The notes beneath the pieces are model-generated. The model was not told the DNA's origin and made no database searches. It was given only the letters and a program-made list of their open reading frames with translations. The translations under genes and the position numbers were made by a program. DNA of 64,000 nt from Lama glama. Lineage: Eukaryota. Below are positions 1 to 11,653 of this stretch, in pieces (within the stretch, counting starts at the first letter, position 1; every line of letters starts with the position of its first letter). The DNA lies in NCBI GenBank assembly GCA_028534125.1, contig CM052816.1:55926001-55990000 (forward strand), read 5' to 3'.

Positions 1-544
1 AGCCTCTGGCCCCTAAGGACTCGGAGCGCCGCGGGAAACGTCTGGAAGGGCGAGAACTACAAGCACAGCGTACGGCTTTCACTTCACAAAGCTAGCGTAG
101 AACCCAATACCAGGGCTGAGGCATAGATAGTGCCCCCCGTTGGTGAAGTAGGCGTGTGCTTGCTTTTCTGCAGTTACTGGGTGAGCAGAATCGGTACCGG
201 ATACCGCGCCCGCATGGCCCGCCACCCTCACCCCCACTTGAGGGTAAAGAGGAAGCTTTGGAGTGTCTATTTGACAAGGAGGCACAGACTGAAAAACAGC
301 TTCGTTCTCTATTTATTGGGCCTAAAGCTCCACCTTCCCACGCTGCTCCTAGATGATATTTCTCTAGGCTGCGTGGGACACTGTCCTCGCCTTACCAATG
401 AAAGCGGGGCGATTCCTGCAGGGCCGGAGCCTCGCTGAGTCCAGCCTTCGGGGGAAAGCAAAGAGTCGCAGATGTGAGTTTGCTTTGTCACTGCCCTCTC
501 AGCGACTTTGGACAAGTCACTTAGTTTTCCAGACCTAGGCTTCC

Positions 545-1910
545 TTGCCGTTTAATGCGGGGAGGGAGCCGAACCTGGCTGACGCGCCAGGCAGCGGCGG
601 AGAGCGGAGCGCGCGGCGCGCTCCTGGGAACTTTGCTCCGAGCGCGGAGCCGGGACCCCGGAGTGCGGGGGCGGGAGCTCCCTCCGCGGGAGCGCGGCGG
701 CGGCGGCGCTCCTCCTTCCCTCCACGTCACGGGGGCCGCTCGGCGCTCTCCCACCACCGGCCGAGGGAGAGCAACTCCCAAGCAGGGCGCGCCGCCGAGG
801 TGGCGGAGGAGGAGGTGGAGGAGGCGGGAGCCAGCCGCCACCGCTGTCGCCGGGGGACCGGGAGCCCGAAGCCCAACTCGCGGCCCCTCGGGAGCAGCGT
901 CTGCAGCCACGGGGAACCCCGCGCTCGGGGCTTCCCCCCTCCCTGTCGTAAGTCGGCTTGGCCACGCAGGCCAGGGAGGAACGCGCGGGGCCGGGGTGCG
1001 GGGCTGTCCCGCCGTGGCGTGTGCGGGGCTCCTGGCCCAGTGGCGCGTGGCCAGGGCGTCCGGACCCCCTCCTCGCGACTTTCGTTTTCCCGCCGGGGAA
1101 AACTTGGGCGCCGGGTCCCCTGCGGGGCGGGGAGTGGAGGGGGCGTCGGCCCGGGGGAGCCGCAGCCGGATCCCAGGCCGAGCCCCAGCCTGGCTGTGCG
1201 CCCGCGGTGACTTCGGGGCCCCGCCGGCGGCTGTACGCTGGAAAGTTCTCCGAGGTCGGCGCTGGAGAAGAGGGCGGCGGGCTGCGGGGAGGGCGGCGCG
1301 TGTCAGCGTGAGGGTGCCCTGGGAGATGGGGCCGGGAGGCCAGCATCCCAGGTTACCGGAGCAGAGACGGGCCGGGAGTCGCCGGGCGCGTCCGCATCAG
1401 GGTTTCCCTGGGACTCTCCCCGAGCCGTGAGAACGCGGCTCCCGGACGCGCTCTTTTCTGGGGCGGGGGGCGCGCAGCCTCGTCCTCCGGGCTTAGACCC
1501 TCTCAGGTGAGGGGCGCCGAGGGGCGTGGTCCCCGAGGGACCTGCGGAGCCTGGGTCCCGACGCCGGCCCTTCCGCTCCCCCGCCAGCTTCTCCGCAGCC
1601 CGCTACCCGCGGGCCCGGGCCACGCTGTCTGGCAGCGGGAGGCGCGGGAATGGGCTGCTGGCGTGGCTTCTCCTTGAGGCCCAGGTAGGGTAGGATGTCT
1701 TAACAGTTTGGAGATTAGCTGCGGGGCTGACCTCCGGCCGCGCCCTCCGCTGGGACGGGCTTCGGCGCTTTTTAAGGTCAAGTTTTCTTGCCGCAGAGCT
1801 GGCCCCGGTCGTCCCTCTGCGAGGCGGCACCTCCTCCACCGAGCTGGGAGCCTCAGAGCCAAGAGGTCTGGGCTCTCGGAGTTTACCATCTTTAACCTAG
1901 GCTAACGGTG
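545..1910. promoter_or_regulatory. GCNT4: CpG island / GCNT4 promoter and first intron
   Basis: Very GC-rich, CpG-dense stretch with GC boxes (e.g. GGGGCGGG near 667 and 1123), CCACGTCA at 722-729 and a strong GTAAGT donor at 948; lies upstream of the GCNT4 CDS on the same strand. Confidence 0.9.
780..947 (+). other. GCNT4: Predicted non-coding exon 1 of GCNT4 (start/TSS approximate)
   Basis: Donor GTC|GTAAGT with GT at 948-949 inside the CpG island; no ATG in 780-947. The TSS cannot be fixed from sequence. Confidence 0.6.
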
Positions 1911-1962
1911 CGAGTGGGTGGGTGGTGTTGTATAAATTTAAGAACTAATCTTTTCTGCCTAG

Positions 1963-2013
1963 GGGAGGTTTCCGCGTGGTTGTAGCCGGGAAACCTGTGT
2001 TTCCCCTCTCTGG
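1963..2013 (+). other. GCNT4: Predicted non-coding exon 2 of GCNT4 (51 nt)
   Basis: Branch-like CTAAT (1945-1949), pyrimidine tract CTTTTCTGCCT, AG at 1961-1962; donor TGG|GTGAGC at 2014. Confidence 0.55.
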
Positions 2014-2834
2014 GTGAGCTGGACTAGACGTTAGCCCCGAGGCGCTTGGCTTTTCATCCTCTGGTTCTTTAAACTGAAAAGCAACAAACCAGAAGATTAC
2101 GGGAATTGGAGATAACAGTTAAGTGTCTGTGTGGTGTGGTGGACAGAAGTCACGTCTTCTGATCTTACGTGCATAAAACGCCCTTTTTTGGTCCCTTTTG
2201 ATAACTTCTGTTAATGGTTTCTTGAGGAAGTAAAATATTTAAAAGTGAGTTACTGCAGGGAGCAGTTCCTATGTTGCCCTTTCTAAGAATCCAATTCTCT
2301 ATGAGAAATGGCCAATTAAAATGCTTTTGAATTATATCTTACTTGTATTTGCCGAGAAACAATAGCCAAAGAGCCAGGTTGTGTGGCCGAGTGTTCCCGG
2401 GAAGACTGAAAGACTTCCCGTTAGGAGTGGAGAAGTATTCCTTTGAGAGGCAAAGTTTATAATAATTTGTTGAATGCCACGGTACCTGCACAGAAGCAGC
2501 TAGGAGTGAGTGGCATACTTGGGCAGTAAGTCAAAGTTAGCACTTGGTGGCACCATGCTAAGTACCCTCGGGATAGGCTCGCAATAAATAGGTATCAGTC
2601 TGACTTTGAATGAAACTCAGACATGGGGCAGTGCCCAGTTTCTGCTCTTTCCCATGAGAATGACTGGCAGCTAGAGCCACCAGTTTTGGGAGTATGACTT
2701 GGTGACCCCGGCTTTAGCATAGCACCACAGACTAGAAGTAACAGTGTATCAGCTTCAAAGGATTTCCTTCTTAGGTTCCAACGCAGGAAGAAAGCAACAA
2801 GACAGTGAGATTATGTGATGTGAGGTTGAAAGTC

Positions 2835-3610
2835 AATCCATCGGTCCAAATACACTGAGCACTTACTTTGTGCCAGGCCTGCGCTGGGTGCTGTGGGAGC
2901 ACAGAGGTGCTGTAGCTCATGGGTCTGGTGGGGGGGGGGTGGTGGCAGGAAGCCTTCTTGGGGAGATTTAAGGTGGACCTGAAAGGTGAGTAGGAGCATC
3001 ATAAACTAAGCAGGGGGAGGAGGAGGAGAAAAGGGGAGTGTATTCTCGCTCCAGGGAAGGGTGGACTCTAAGACCAGAGGGGGCCAGAGCAGGGAGAGTT
3101 CCTGGCAAGGAGAGGTCCAGTGTGGCCTGAGGGGCCAGTGGTGAGGTCAGCAGGTACCAGAGCTCGATGATGCCAAGCCTTGGGGCCATTTTGTGGACTT
3201 GATTCTCAAGACAGTATCACACCTGAAAGTATCCCGATGAGATTTAGATTAAAAACAAAACTCCAGGTGCTGTGTGGAGAAGGGCTGCTGTGGGCTGATG
3301 TGAGGGCCTGGCACAGTGGCGGTAGGGATGACACGAGTGGATGGATTCTGGGGGGACTTGACTAGTTTTCTGTAAAGTATGAAAGTATAGGGTGACTGCT
3401 TGTAAATTTGGGCTTAAGCACTCGGGCAGATGGTGCTGCCCTTTACAGAAGAGGGAACACTGGCGGAGGGGCAGATGTGGGGAGGAAAGACACATTTGAT
3501 TTTGTTGAGTCTAAGCTGCTTTTGAAGCTCCTAGGTGGAAATCCTTAAGTGGCTGGAGAGAGCTGACCGCCCCAAAGAAGCTGGGGGTCATCTGTATTGG
3601 GGTGTTATTT
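2835..3610 (-). mobile_element. L2 LINE remnant
   Basis: Antisense L2 3' end (CTGAGCACTTACTTTGTGCCAGGC) followed by purine-rich L2-like body. Confidence 0.6.
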
Positions 3611-4002
3611 TAAGCCTGGGGTGGATTGAGGGGGTGACCTGGAAAAGAGCCCCTATCTTTGTGGGGAGAGGTGGAAGGAAAACAGGGGCCACAGTACTGG
3701 GTCTCAGCTGGCGCTGTAGCGCGTGCATACCCGGCACGGTGCAGATGTGCGTGCACGTGCATGTATGCTGAGGGGCTGAGGGCTGACAGTGGCCACTGCA
3801 CTTACTCCCTGGAGGCAGCTCCTTCAGTGAGAGGGGGGACAGAGGGATGGATGGCTTTATGAAGATGAGAGAGCCTCCTGCATGTTACATGTGAAGGGGA
3901 TGGAACCAGTTGGAAGGAGAGGTTGAACATACAGGATATCTCTGGAGCTTCCCTCCCACTCTTGGAGTAGCAGGTAAAAAACAGTCTGGTTGTGTTGCCA
4001 TT

Positions 4003-4641
4003 TTTTTTTTTTAAATTGAAGTATCGTCAGTTTACAGTGTTGTGTCAATTTCTAGTGTACAGCATAATGCTTCATTCATAACATATACCTACATATATTT
4101 GTTCTCATAGTCTTATAATAAGTTACTACAAGATGTTGAATATAGTTCCCTGTGCTATACAGTAGACACTTGTTGTTTGTCTATTTTATACACAGTAGTC
4201 AATATCTGCAAATCTCAAACTCCCAATTTATCCCTTCCCACCCCCTGTTCCCACTGCTAACCGTAAGTTTGTTTTCTGTGTCTGTGAGTCTGTTTCTGTT
4301 TTGTAGATAAGTTCATTTGTGTGTGTTTTTTCCCCAGATTGTACATATGAGTGATATCATATGGTATTTTTCTTTCTCTTTCTGGCTTACTTCACTTAGA
4401 ATGATGATCTCTAGGTCCATCCATGTTGCTGCAAATGGCATTTTATTTTTTATGGTTGAGTAGTATTCCATTGTGTAAATATATCACAGCTTCTTTACCC
4501 AGTCATCTGTCGATGGACATTTAGGTTGTTTCCATATCTTGGCTGTTGTTGATAGTGCTGCTGCAAACATTGGGGTGCATGTGTCTTTTTAAATTAGAGT
4601 TCCCTCTGGATATATGCCCAGGAGTGGGATTGCTGGATCAT
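4003..4641 (-). mobile_element. 5'-truncated L1 3' end, relatively young, with 14-bp TSD
   Basis: Poly-T then L1 3' UTR/ORF2-end sequence (CCATCCATGTTGCTGCAAATGGCA, GGAGTGGGATTGCTGGATCA); TSD GTTGTGTTGCCATT at 3989-4002 and 4642-4655. Confidence 0.92.
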
Positions 4642-4814
4642 GTTGTGTTGCCATTCTGATATCAAACTCACATAACGTAAACCATCAACATCCACTGACA
4701 CAATATTTTGAAGCACATATGGTGGTGAAATTTGAAGTTTTACTTTGTAGATCATGCAAATTTAATGATTAGGAGAAACATAGATGGAAATCATGAAACA
4801 GAGTTACAGTGTAT

Positions 4815-5210
4815 CTAAGAGCGGCCCCTGGAGTGAGACTGCTGAGGGTCTCTGGTTCCGGCCCTGCCACTCCCTAGCTTATGACCTTGCACAAGTTTCC
4901 TGACCTTTTTGTCTTAGTTTCCTGGTCTCTGAAATGGCCACACCTAAGGGGTGTATGTGCTATGGTACCTTCTCGTGGGCTGTTGTGACGATTGCCTGTG
5001 TGCATGCTGTATGCACAAGATAGGGATGTGTGCATTGTGCCTGGTGCATAGTGAGTATTCAGCAAGCCTTAGTGCCAGGGGTTTTATTATGAGGGTGTCA
5101 TTTCCGTCATTTTCAGATGTGAAATCTGAGACTCAGAAGTTTGAGAACCCGTCTAACGCTGTAGAGCCAAACAGTGGCCAAGTTAAGATTGCGATCTCAT
5201 TTGCCTGACT
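4815..5210. mobile_element. Two adjacent MIR SINEs (+ about 4815-5060, - about 5070-5210)
   Basis: MIR core GCCACTCCCTAGCTTATGACCTTGCACAAGTT...AGTTTCCTGGTCTCTGAAATGG, then antisense core CATTTTCAGATGTGAAATCTGAGACTCAGA. Confidence 0.7.
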
Positions 5211-6004
5211 CACAGGCAGGAGCGCCTCCCACTCAGCATGTCGACAAGTGTCAAGTGCTGGGTGCTGTATAGAATTAACTGTAATAAAAGGATCTGGTCA
5301 TCCTCATCAGAAGGCAAGAAGCAAAGCAGATAATATCAATGTTGAGGCTTACAGACTTTTCCCGAGCAATTTAGAGATGTATGTTTTGTATTAATTTGCA
5401 TTGCTTTGCATGTCATTTTATATGCACTTCCATATGCTGGTAGTTTTCCTAGTGGGATCTAAAGACTGAAGCTTCAAGTATATAAGATCAAATAAAATTA
5501 ATCAGAAATTGAGTGCAGCTGCTTCAAAACCTAATGAGCCCCAGGGCGTGGTGGGCTCAGCGTAGGCTTTTGGGAAAAGGACTGGGTCAATATTTACTGT
5601 TTCAGAAAATGTGGGAAACCAGACACCATCTGATAAAAGCAGGTCACATCTTAATGTGTAATGAAGCTTGATTTGCTGAACACAATAGAAAAATACAGAA
5701 AAAGTGGAAGAAGAACAGAGGGAAACTGTCTATTATATAAAATACCAGAAAATGAGACAAGCAGAAGTCTGCTTTATGAAGCTGAAATAATAAGAAACAC
5801 TTAAGAGTCAGAAAGTAAAGGTGGGACTTCTGCTAAACAGGATTAAATTTTAAAAAGAGCATAATCTTAAATACAAATGTGTGGGGTTTTAAAACCAGCA
5901 AATTCTCCCTAATTTGGACTTACTGGGAAATAGGCCATTGTGTCTTAGTTAAATGTTAGAAATACATATATTGCAAAAGAAACCAAAACTGTGACTTTGT
6001 TATT

Positions 6005-6140
6005 TAGAGCGGTGGTTCTCCAGGTGTGGTCTGGACTGACTAGCTGCACCAGCAGCACCTGGGAACTTGTTAGAAATGCAAATTCTGGGACCACCAGCTC
6101 TGCTGAATCAGAGCCTCTGGGGATGGGGCCCAGCAGCCTA
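6005..6140 (+). mobile_element. MER5A (hAT-Charlie) fragment
   Basis: GGTTCTCCAGGTGTGGTC...CAGCAGCACCTGGGAACTTGTTAGAAATGCAAATTCT...CTGAATCAGA. Confidence 0.8.
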
Positions 6141-6753
6141 CAATGTAGTATTTGGAGCCAACTTTCATTTCTCTTTTGCGTTTTCACCTTCCATTTCCCT
6201 CCTGTGGTCACTCACTTCTCACTGTGCTACTCACCTTCCGTCAGTCAGCATCCTCGTGGAGGGTTGTACCCAGACACAAACCCATCCCTTCCTCCATCTC
6301 AAGGTCTAAATTGGTGGAAGATGCTAAGGTCCCTTTAGGCTTTCCGGTTCTGCAGCTGTGTGGTTCTCATACTGTCCAGGACCACACCACTTTGATTTTG
6401 CTGCCTTTTAAAAATCTTTTGGCAATCTCATACCACACAAACTGTGACTCCTCCCGAACATACAGTCAGCCAAAACTCCGAACCACTCTCTACAGATGCT
6501 CCTGTTAAACCACATTCTCCATCTGGTAGAATGCAGTTAACTTCTTGGATTTGAATGTTACTCGATCCAAGTCTGTCCAAATCTGTTTGGGTCCTATTTC
6601 TGTCCATTTTCATATGAATCTTTGAGTCCTCTGCCAACTTGTCTGCCAATGTCCTGGCCTGAGGAATTAATAACAATATGAGCATCTTTGTTAGAGGCCT
6701 TTCTCAATGTTAATGAGGCTTAAAACTTGGCATCTTTTGCCGTCCTTGTGTAG

Positions 6754-6887
6754 CTGAAATCAGAAGGATAATTGTCATCAGTCCCATCCTTGTTTGTGTT
6801 TAAATCACTGCTGTTCAGAAGCATTCCTCACACGGTTTCTCCACGTGGGGCCGCGTCAGCTTGGGGGTTTTTGTACGTGACACAGAG
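6754..6887 (+). other. GCNT4: Predicted non-coding exon 3 of GCNT4 (134 nt)
   Basis: Acceptor CATCTTTTGCCGTCCTTGTGTAG (AG 6752-6753); consensus donor GAG|GTAAGT at 6888; no ATG inside. Confidence 0.6.
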
Positions 6888-7189
6888 GTAAGTTTCAGCT
6901 TATTTATGGTCAGATTAAGATGAATTCAGAAATTTCAAAATAATAGGGAGCAAAAATTCTGCCTTGTCATTACTCTTGGCTTTATGGCCCTCCCCACCCA
7001 AGCTCTAGAACTTAAGAGCATTGTGCTCAAGTCCACATTTCACCAAGAGATTAAGGTTATTTAATTTTTTTCGATGTAAAATTTTGCTCCTACACGACTC
7101 TTACAGGAGTACAATTAGGTAACATAATCATACAAAAAAGTTTTAAAAAGTGAAAAAGCAAAACAACCTTATGGCAAGAATGCTTTTTG

Positions 7190-7515
7190 ATTCAAATTTT
7201 ATTTACAAATCAAAAATTGACTCACAGACATAGAAAACAAACTATGGTTACCAGAGGGGAAAGGACAGGGGAGGGCTAAATTAGGAGTTTGGGATTAACA
7301 GACACACACTACTACATATAAAGTAGATTAACAACAAGGACCTGCTGTAGAGCACAGGGAACTGTGTCCTATTTCTTGTCATAACAGACAGTGGGAAAGA
7401 ATCTGAAAAAGAAACATATGTATGTGTATGTATAACTGAGTCGCTTTGCTCTACACCTAAAACTAACATTGTGAATCAACTACACTTCAACAAAAAATAA
7501 AATCTAAAAAAAAAA
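7190..7515 (+). mobile_element. L1 3' end fragment
   Basis: GACTCACAGACATAGAAAACAAACTATGGTTACC...ATCAACTACACTTCAA plus A-tail; flanking AATGCTTT at 7179 and 7514. Confidence 0.88.
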
Positions 7516-8671
7516 TGCTTTGAGCCATGGTCGCTAGAGCATGAGAAAGAACCTAGAATCGTGCCGTTACGTCTTTCATGTCCTTGTCCATGCTGCCCAG
7601 ATCCTCTTCCTCTTCCCTACCCTCCATTGAAAGACTAGCCTTAACCCAAACTACAAAAAAATCCCAATAAAATCCAAGCCTGCTTTCTTCCTCCAGGATA
7701 CTACCAAACGTCTTTTGATGTGATATTCTGCTTACCAAGGCAAGCAAAAAACAAACAAACCAAAGAAACCAGTGATGGGTGCTAAAGGAGCTCTTTGTAA
7801 CCTCAAGTAAATCTCCTCGACTGCTATACCTCTGGCTCTTTGATTGCTTTTCCTTCTCCCCCGTCCCCTCTTCCCCAGGGCAGAGCCTGCTCAGAATGCA
7901 GTGAAGAGTGAGCAGTAATGCCCAGGATGGGGGAGAACAGGGACTAGCGTAGCCTGTAGCCCGTGTGCTTGCCAAGAGTCCTTTTCCTTCTCAGCGTCAC
8001 AGGCGGCATATTTGGAATATTTGCACTGTTGCGTCCTTTTCCCACATGCCTGCATGCCACCTGGGGGCAGCAAGGAGGGGCTCTCTCTGCCCAGCCATCA
8101 CCTTCCACCAGGTTCTCCCTTCCTTCAGCCTTGCCAGCCACCACCCTGCCGAACTCTCAGGCAGGCCTAGGCAGATGTCATCTCAGGTGGGTCGGGAGAG
8201 AGAAGCAGAGTGACACACGAGGCAGGCACAAATTCAGCCTCAAAGACTACATCATGGAAAGATGCTAGCAGAGTGATACGGAGATAGTGGGGCTGACGGA
8301 AGGAATGTGGAACCAGAGGAGAGAAGCTAAGGAAGGAGGAACATAAAATGAACACTATGGCAGGAGAGCCCCTAAAGAAAAGAAACATTTCCAAATGCTT
8401 GCTAGTGACTTACCTTTTCTGGGAAGTTCTCTCTATACAATAAAATTCAAATGGAACCAAAGAGCTGAGATTTCTTGGATTGTAGTCAAGTCTCCTAGGA
8501 CCTCACCGTTTCTCTCTGTATTCTTCCAGGCAGTATATGTTCCACCTGTCTCTCTCCAGAATCTAACACAGTGCCTGCGTAGCACATGGTAGACACACAG
8601 CAAATGTTTTCTGGATGGAAGGGCAGCCAATTGAAGGGGGATAGAAATAGAATATCTAAGAATAAAGGTGT

Positions 8672-9397
8672 ATATAAGATATGTACCCCAAAGAAGTGGA
8701 AGCAGGGACATGAGCTGATATTTGTAGCCCCGTGCTCATAGCAGCAACGTTCACAAGAGCCAAAAGACGGAAGCAGTGCAAGTATCCATCCACAGACAGA
8801 TGAATAAACAAAATGTGATATTGACATACAGTGGAATATTATGCAGCCTTAAAAGGCAGGAAATCTTGACACATGCTATGTATTACATGGATGAAACTTG
8901 AACACATGATGTTTGGTGAAATAAACCAGCCACAAAATGACAAATATATGATTCCTCTAATATGGGATTCCTTGAGTAGTCACATTCATAGGAAGAAAAG
9001 CAGAATGGTGGCTGCCAGGGGCTGCAGAGAGGGAAGTGTTTAATGGACACAGTTTCTGTTGAGAAAGGTGAACAAGTTCTGTGAATGGATGTTGGTGATG
9101 GTTGCATAACAGTGTGAAAGTACTTAATGCCCCAGAACTGTACACTTAAAAGTAGTAAAATTTTAACCATTGATTCATCCATGTCCATCTGCCTCTCCAT
9201 CCATCCATCCATCCATCCGCCCGCCCATCTTTCCATCTGTCCATCCAGCCACTCCCCAACCCATGATCTCGCCAACATTTATGGGATGGCTTTTCTAGGA
9301 TAGGCTAAGAAACAGAGACTTTTTAACACTACTGATTTTTAAAAAATGGTTACAATGGTAAATTTTATGTTATGTGTATTTTACCACCATAAAATAA
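8672..9397 (+). mobile_element. L1MB-like 3' end, interrupted at about 9153-9340
   Basis: GTGGAATATTATGCAGCCTTAAAAGG...ACTGTACACTTAAAA, resuming ATGGTTACAATGGTAAATTTTATGTTATGTG. Confidence 0.8.
9172..9250 (+). repeat. Degenerate (CCAT)n microsatellite
   Basis: CCATCCATCCATCCATCC arrays seen directly. Confidence 0.85.
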
Positions 9398-11367
9398 GAG
9401 AATATTTTCATGATCATCAACTAATTCATAAATGTGGAACAACAAAAGAAAGGTTATTTTTATAACAAAGAAGTGAACCAGTTAGCGTTTGGAAAATACA
9501 GATTATAGAGAAGACAGCAACGATGCCAGACTTCAAAATGTGTTTAAAACCTTTCCACTAAAAATGTGTTGCTTAATAATGACAGGGACTTTCAAAGGCT
9601 TTTAGTCCTGCCCACTCCCCTTTGCCTCTATGCTTCCCTCCTTAAAAACAAAAAACAAAATAAAAAAGTCTTTATTTTGGAAAATTTTCAAACCTATGGA
9701 AAAGAATAAAAAAAAAATTGCGCTCGTCTCACTCCCCCTTGACCATGAGAATGTGGGAGGCTTTGAAGTGCCTTCTGCACTATCCTGCCTGATGGAGACC
9801 CCCACTCTTGGGTCTCTGGGTGCAGGAGTGGGTGTGGCACGTGGAGGATGAAGCCCCGTCCTTGTTTGCAGAGGAGCCCCTGGTCTGTTATATCCAGTGC
9901 CCCTCCTCTGGCAGTTGCTTGTTTAAATGCTTTTGACCCCTTGCCATCATGCACCCCAAGTGCCCGTCAGCTTTTCCTGCCAAAATATGCCCAATGCATG
10001 AGCAGAGTTAGTCTCATTGTCTCCACATGAGTGAGTGCCCTTGGGCCCTCTTTCACAGATGAGGAGGCAGAGGGCTGACTAGATTAGTGACAGCAGTCAG
10101 GACTGAAGTTAAGAATCATTGGCTTTAAATTCCAAATCATGATGTTGCACCCAGAAGTAAAGCAGGAGGGTGAGATGGAGAGGGTCGAGTGTGTGGCTGG
10201 GGGTGGGGAATGGGCTCAGGCGGGTAGGGGAGGGAAGAGAGGGGCTCAGAACTACTCAGCATGGTTCCCCCCTCCGTGGTACTACATCTGCCTTTTTGAT
10301 TAACAAGCTTGTTACAAAACAAGCTCTCAAGAAGGCAGTCCACCTGTAAGGTGGCCGTCAGAGATTATATGGTGCTTATGACTAGAACCAGACGAGAGGT
10401 TTGCCATATGCTGAGTCGTGCTTGCCTGAGGCATGGTGGGCGGGCTGTGTAGTTCATGCCGATATATGAGAGTCAGTTTGGTGAATCTTGGAGCCTGCTT
10501 TTCTTCAGAGGTTTGTCTAAAGCCCCTATCTGCCTCTAAGTACAGACAAATGAGAAGTTCAGCATCATCTGAGACATAATTTTGCACTTGACTGTATAGA
10601 AGATTATACTGTTGTACAAGTAGACACTTTAATCTGGTTTAAATTTAAGCTTAATTTTGTACACACGTGCATGTATGTGAAGCATTACCAGTTTCATATG
10701 GTTCATCATTCAAAGTGCAGCTTTGCAAAATTACTTAAACATATAAGGGCTTATTTTTCTCACATGATAAGAGTGCGGAGTAGTCTCTCAGCCAGTTCTT
10801 TATGGTCCCCAGGTGGCTGCTACCATGCTAGCCATCATGTCTGAGTTCCAAGCAGAAAAGCAGATGAAGGGAAAAAATCAAAATGGCACACACCCTCCAC
10901 CCTGACTCAGATTCTTTTAAAGAACTTTCCTAGATACCCCACATTGTATTTTGCTGACTGCTCCTCTGCTGTGGAGGCTGGGAAGAAAGTCTTTTAGAGA
11001 GGTCTGTTTCTGCCACCAACAATAATACAGAGATTCTCTTAGAAAAGAAGAAAAGGAGGGTGGGTTTTGGGAGGCAGGTGCTATCTCTACCAGAGCCATA
11101 AGTAAAATCCTCATCTACTTGGGTCTGTGGCTGAATGCCATCCCACTGAACTCTGTCTATTCTGGCCACACTATTTCAGTGATTGTAATATTGTAATCTG
11201 TTTGGAAATCTAAAGAGTCTGGTATTTCCTTTTGCATTCCATAGAGTTGGCATATAAATTTGCTGAGATGTTTAATTTTTAACTAATCTTTTTACTTTTT
11301 TATTATATTAGCTAAAAGTAGAACCTACATGTTGAAACCTGTTATCTTAATTTAAACCATTTCTAGA

Positions 11368-11653
11368 GGATATAACAAAAAAGAAACAGATTCACAGATA
11401 TAAAGAACAAAATAGTAGTTATCAGTGGGGAGAGGAAAGAAGGGAGGGGCAAGACAGAGACAGTGGGTTAAGAGATGCAAACTACTGTGTGTGAAATAAA
11501 CCACACGCTACACTGTACAGCACAGGGACTGTACCGGTATTTTATAATAACTATAAATGGAGTATAACCTGTAAAATTGTGAATCACTATGCTGTACACC
11601 TGAAACTTATATACTATTATAAATCAACTATACCTTGATAAAAATAATGATAA
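11368..11653 (+). mobile_element. L1 3' end fragment with imperfect TSD
   Basis: AAACAGATTCACAGATATAAAGAACAAA...TGTACACCTGAAAC...AATCAACTATAC; flanks AAACCATTTCTAGA (11354-11367) and AAACCATTACTGGA (11654-11667). Confidence 0.85.

Noticed and set aside
521..1889. Long overlapping ORFs (221-291 aa) on both strands
   Set aside because: Low-complexity Arg/Gly/Pro/Ala translations expected from stop-poor CpG-island DNA; no recognisable domain.
1797..1907. Alternative exon after the acceptor TTTTCTTGCCGCAG
   Set aside because: Plausible acceptor, but the nearby donors are weak; 1963-2013 has better signals. Cannot be excluded without RNA data.
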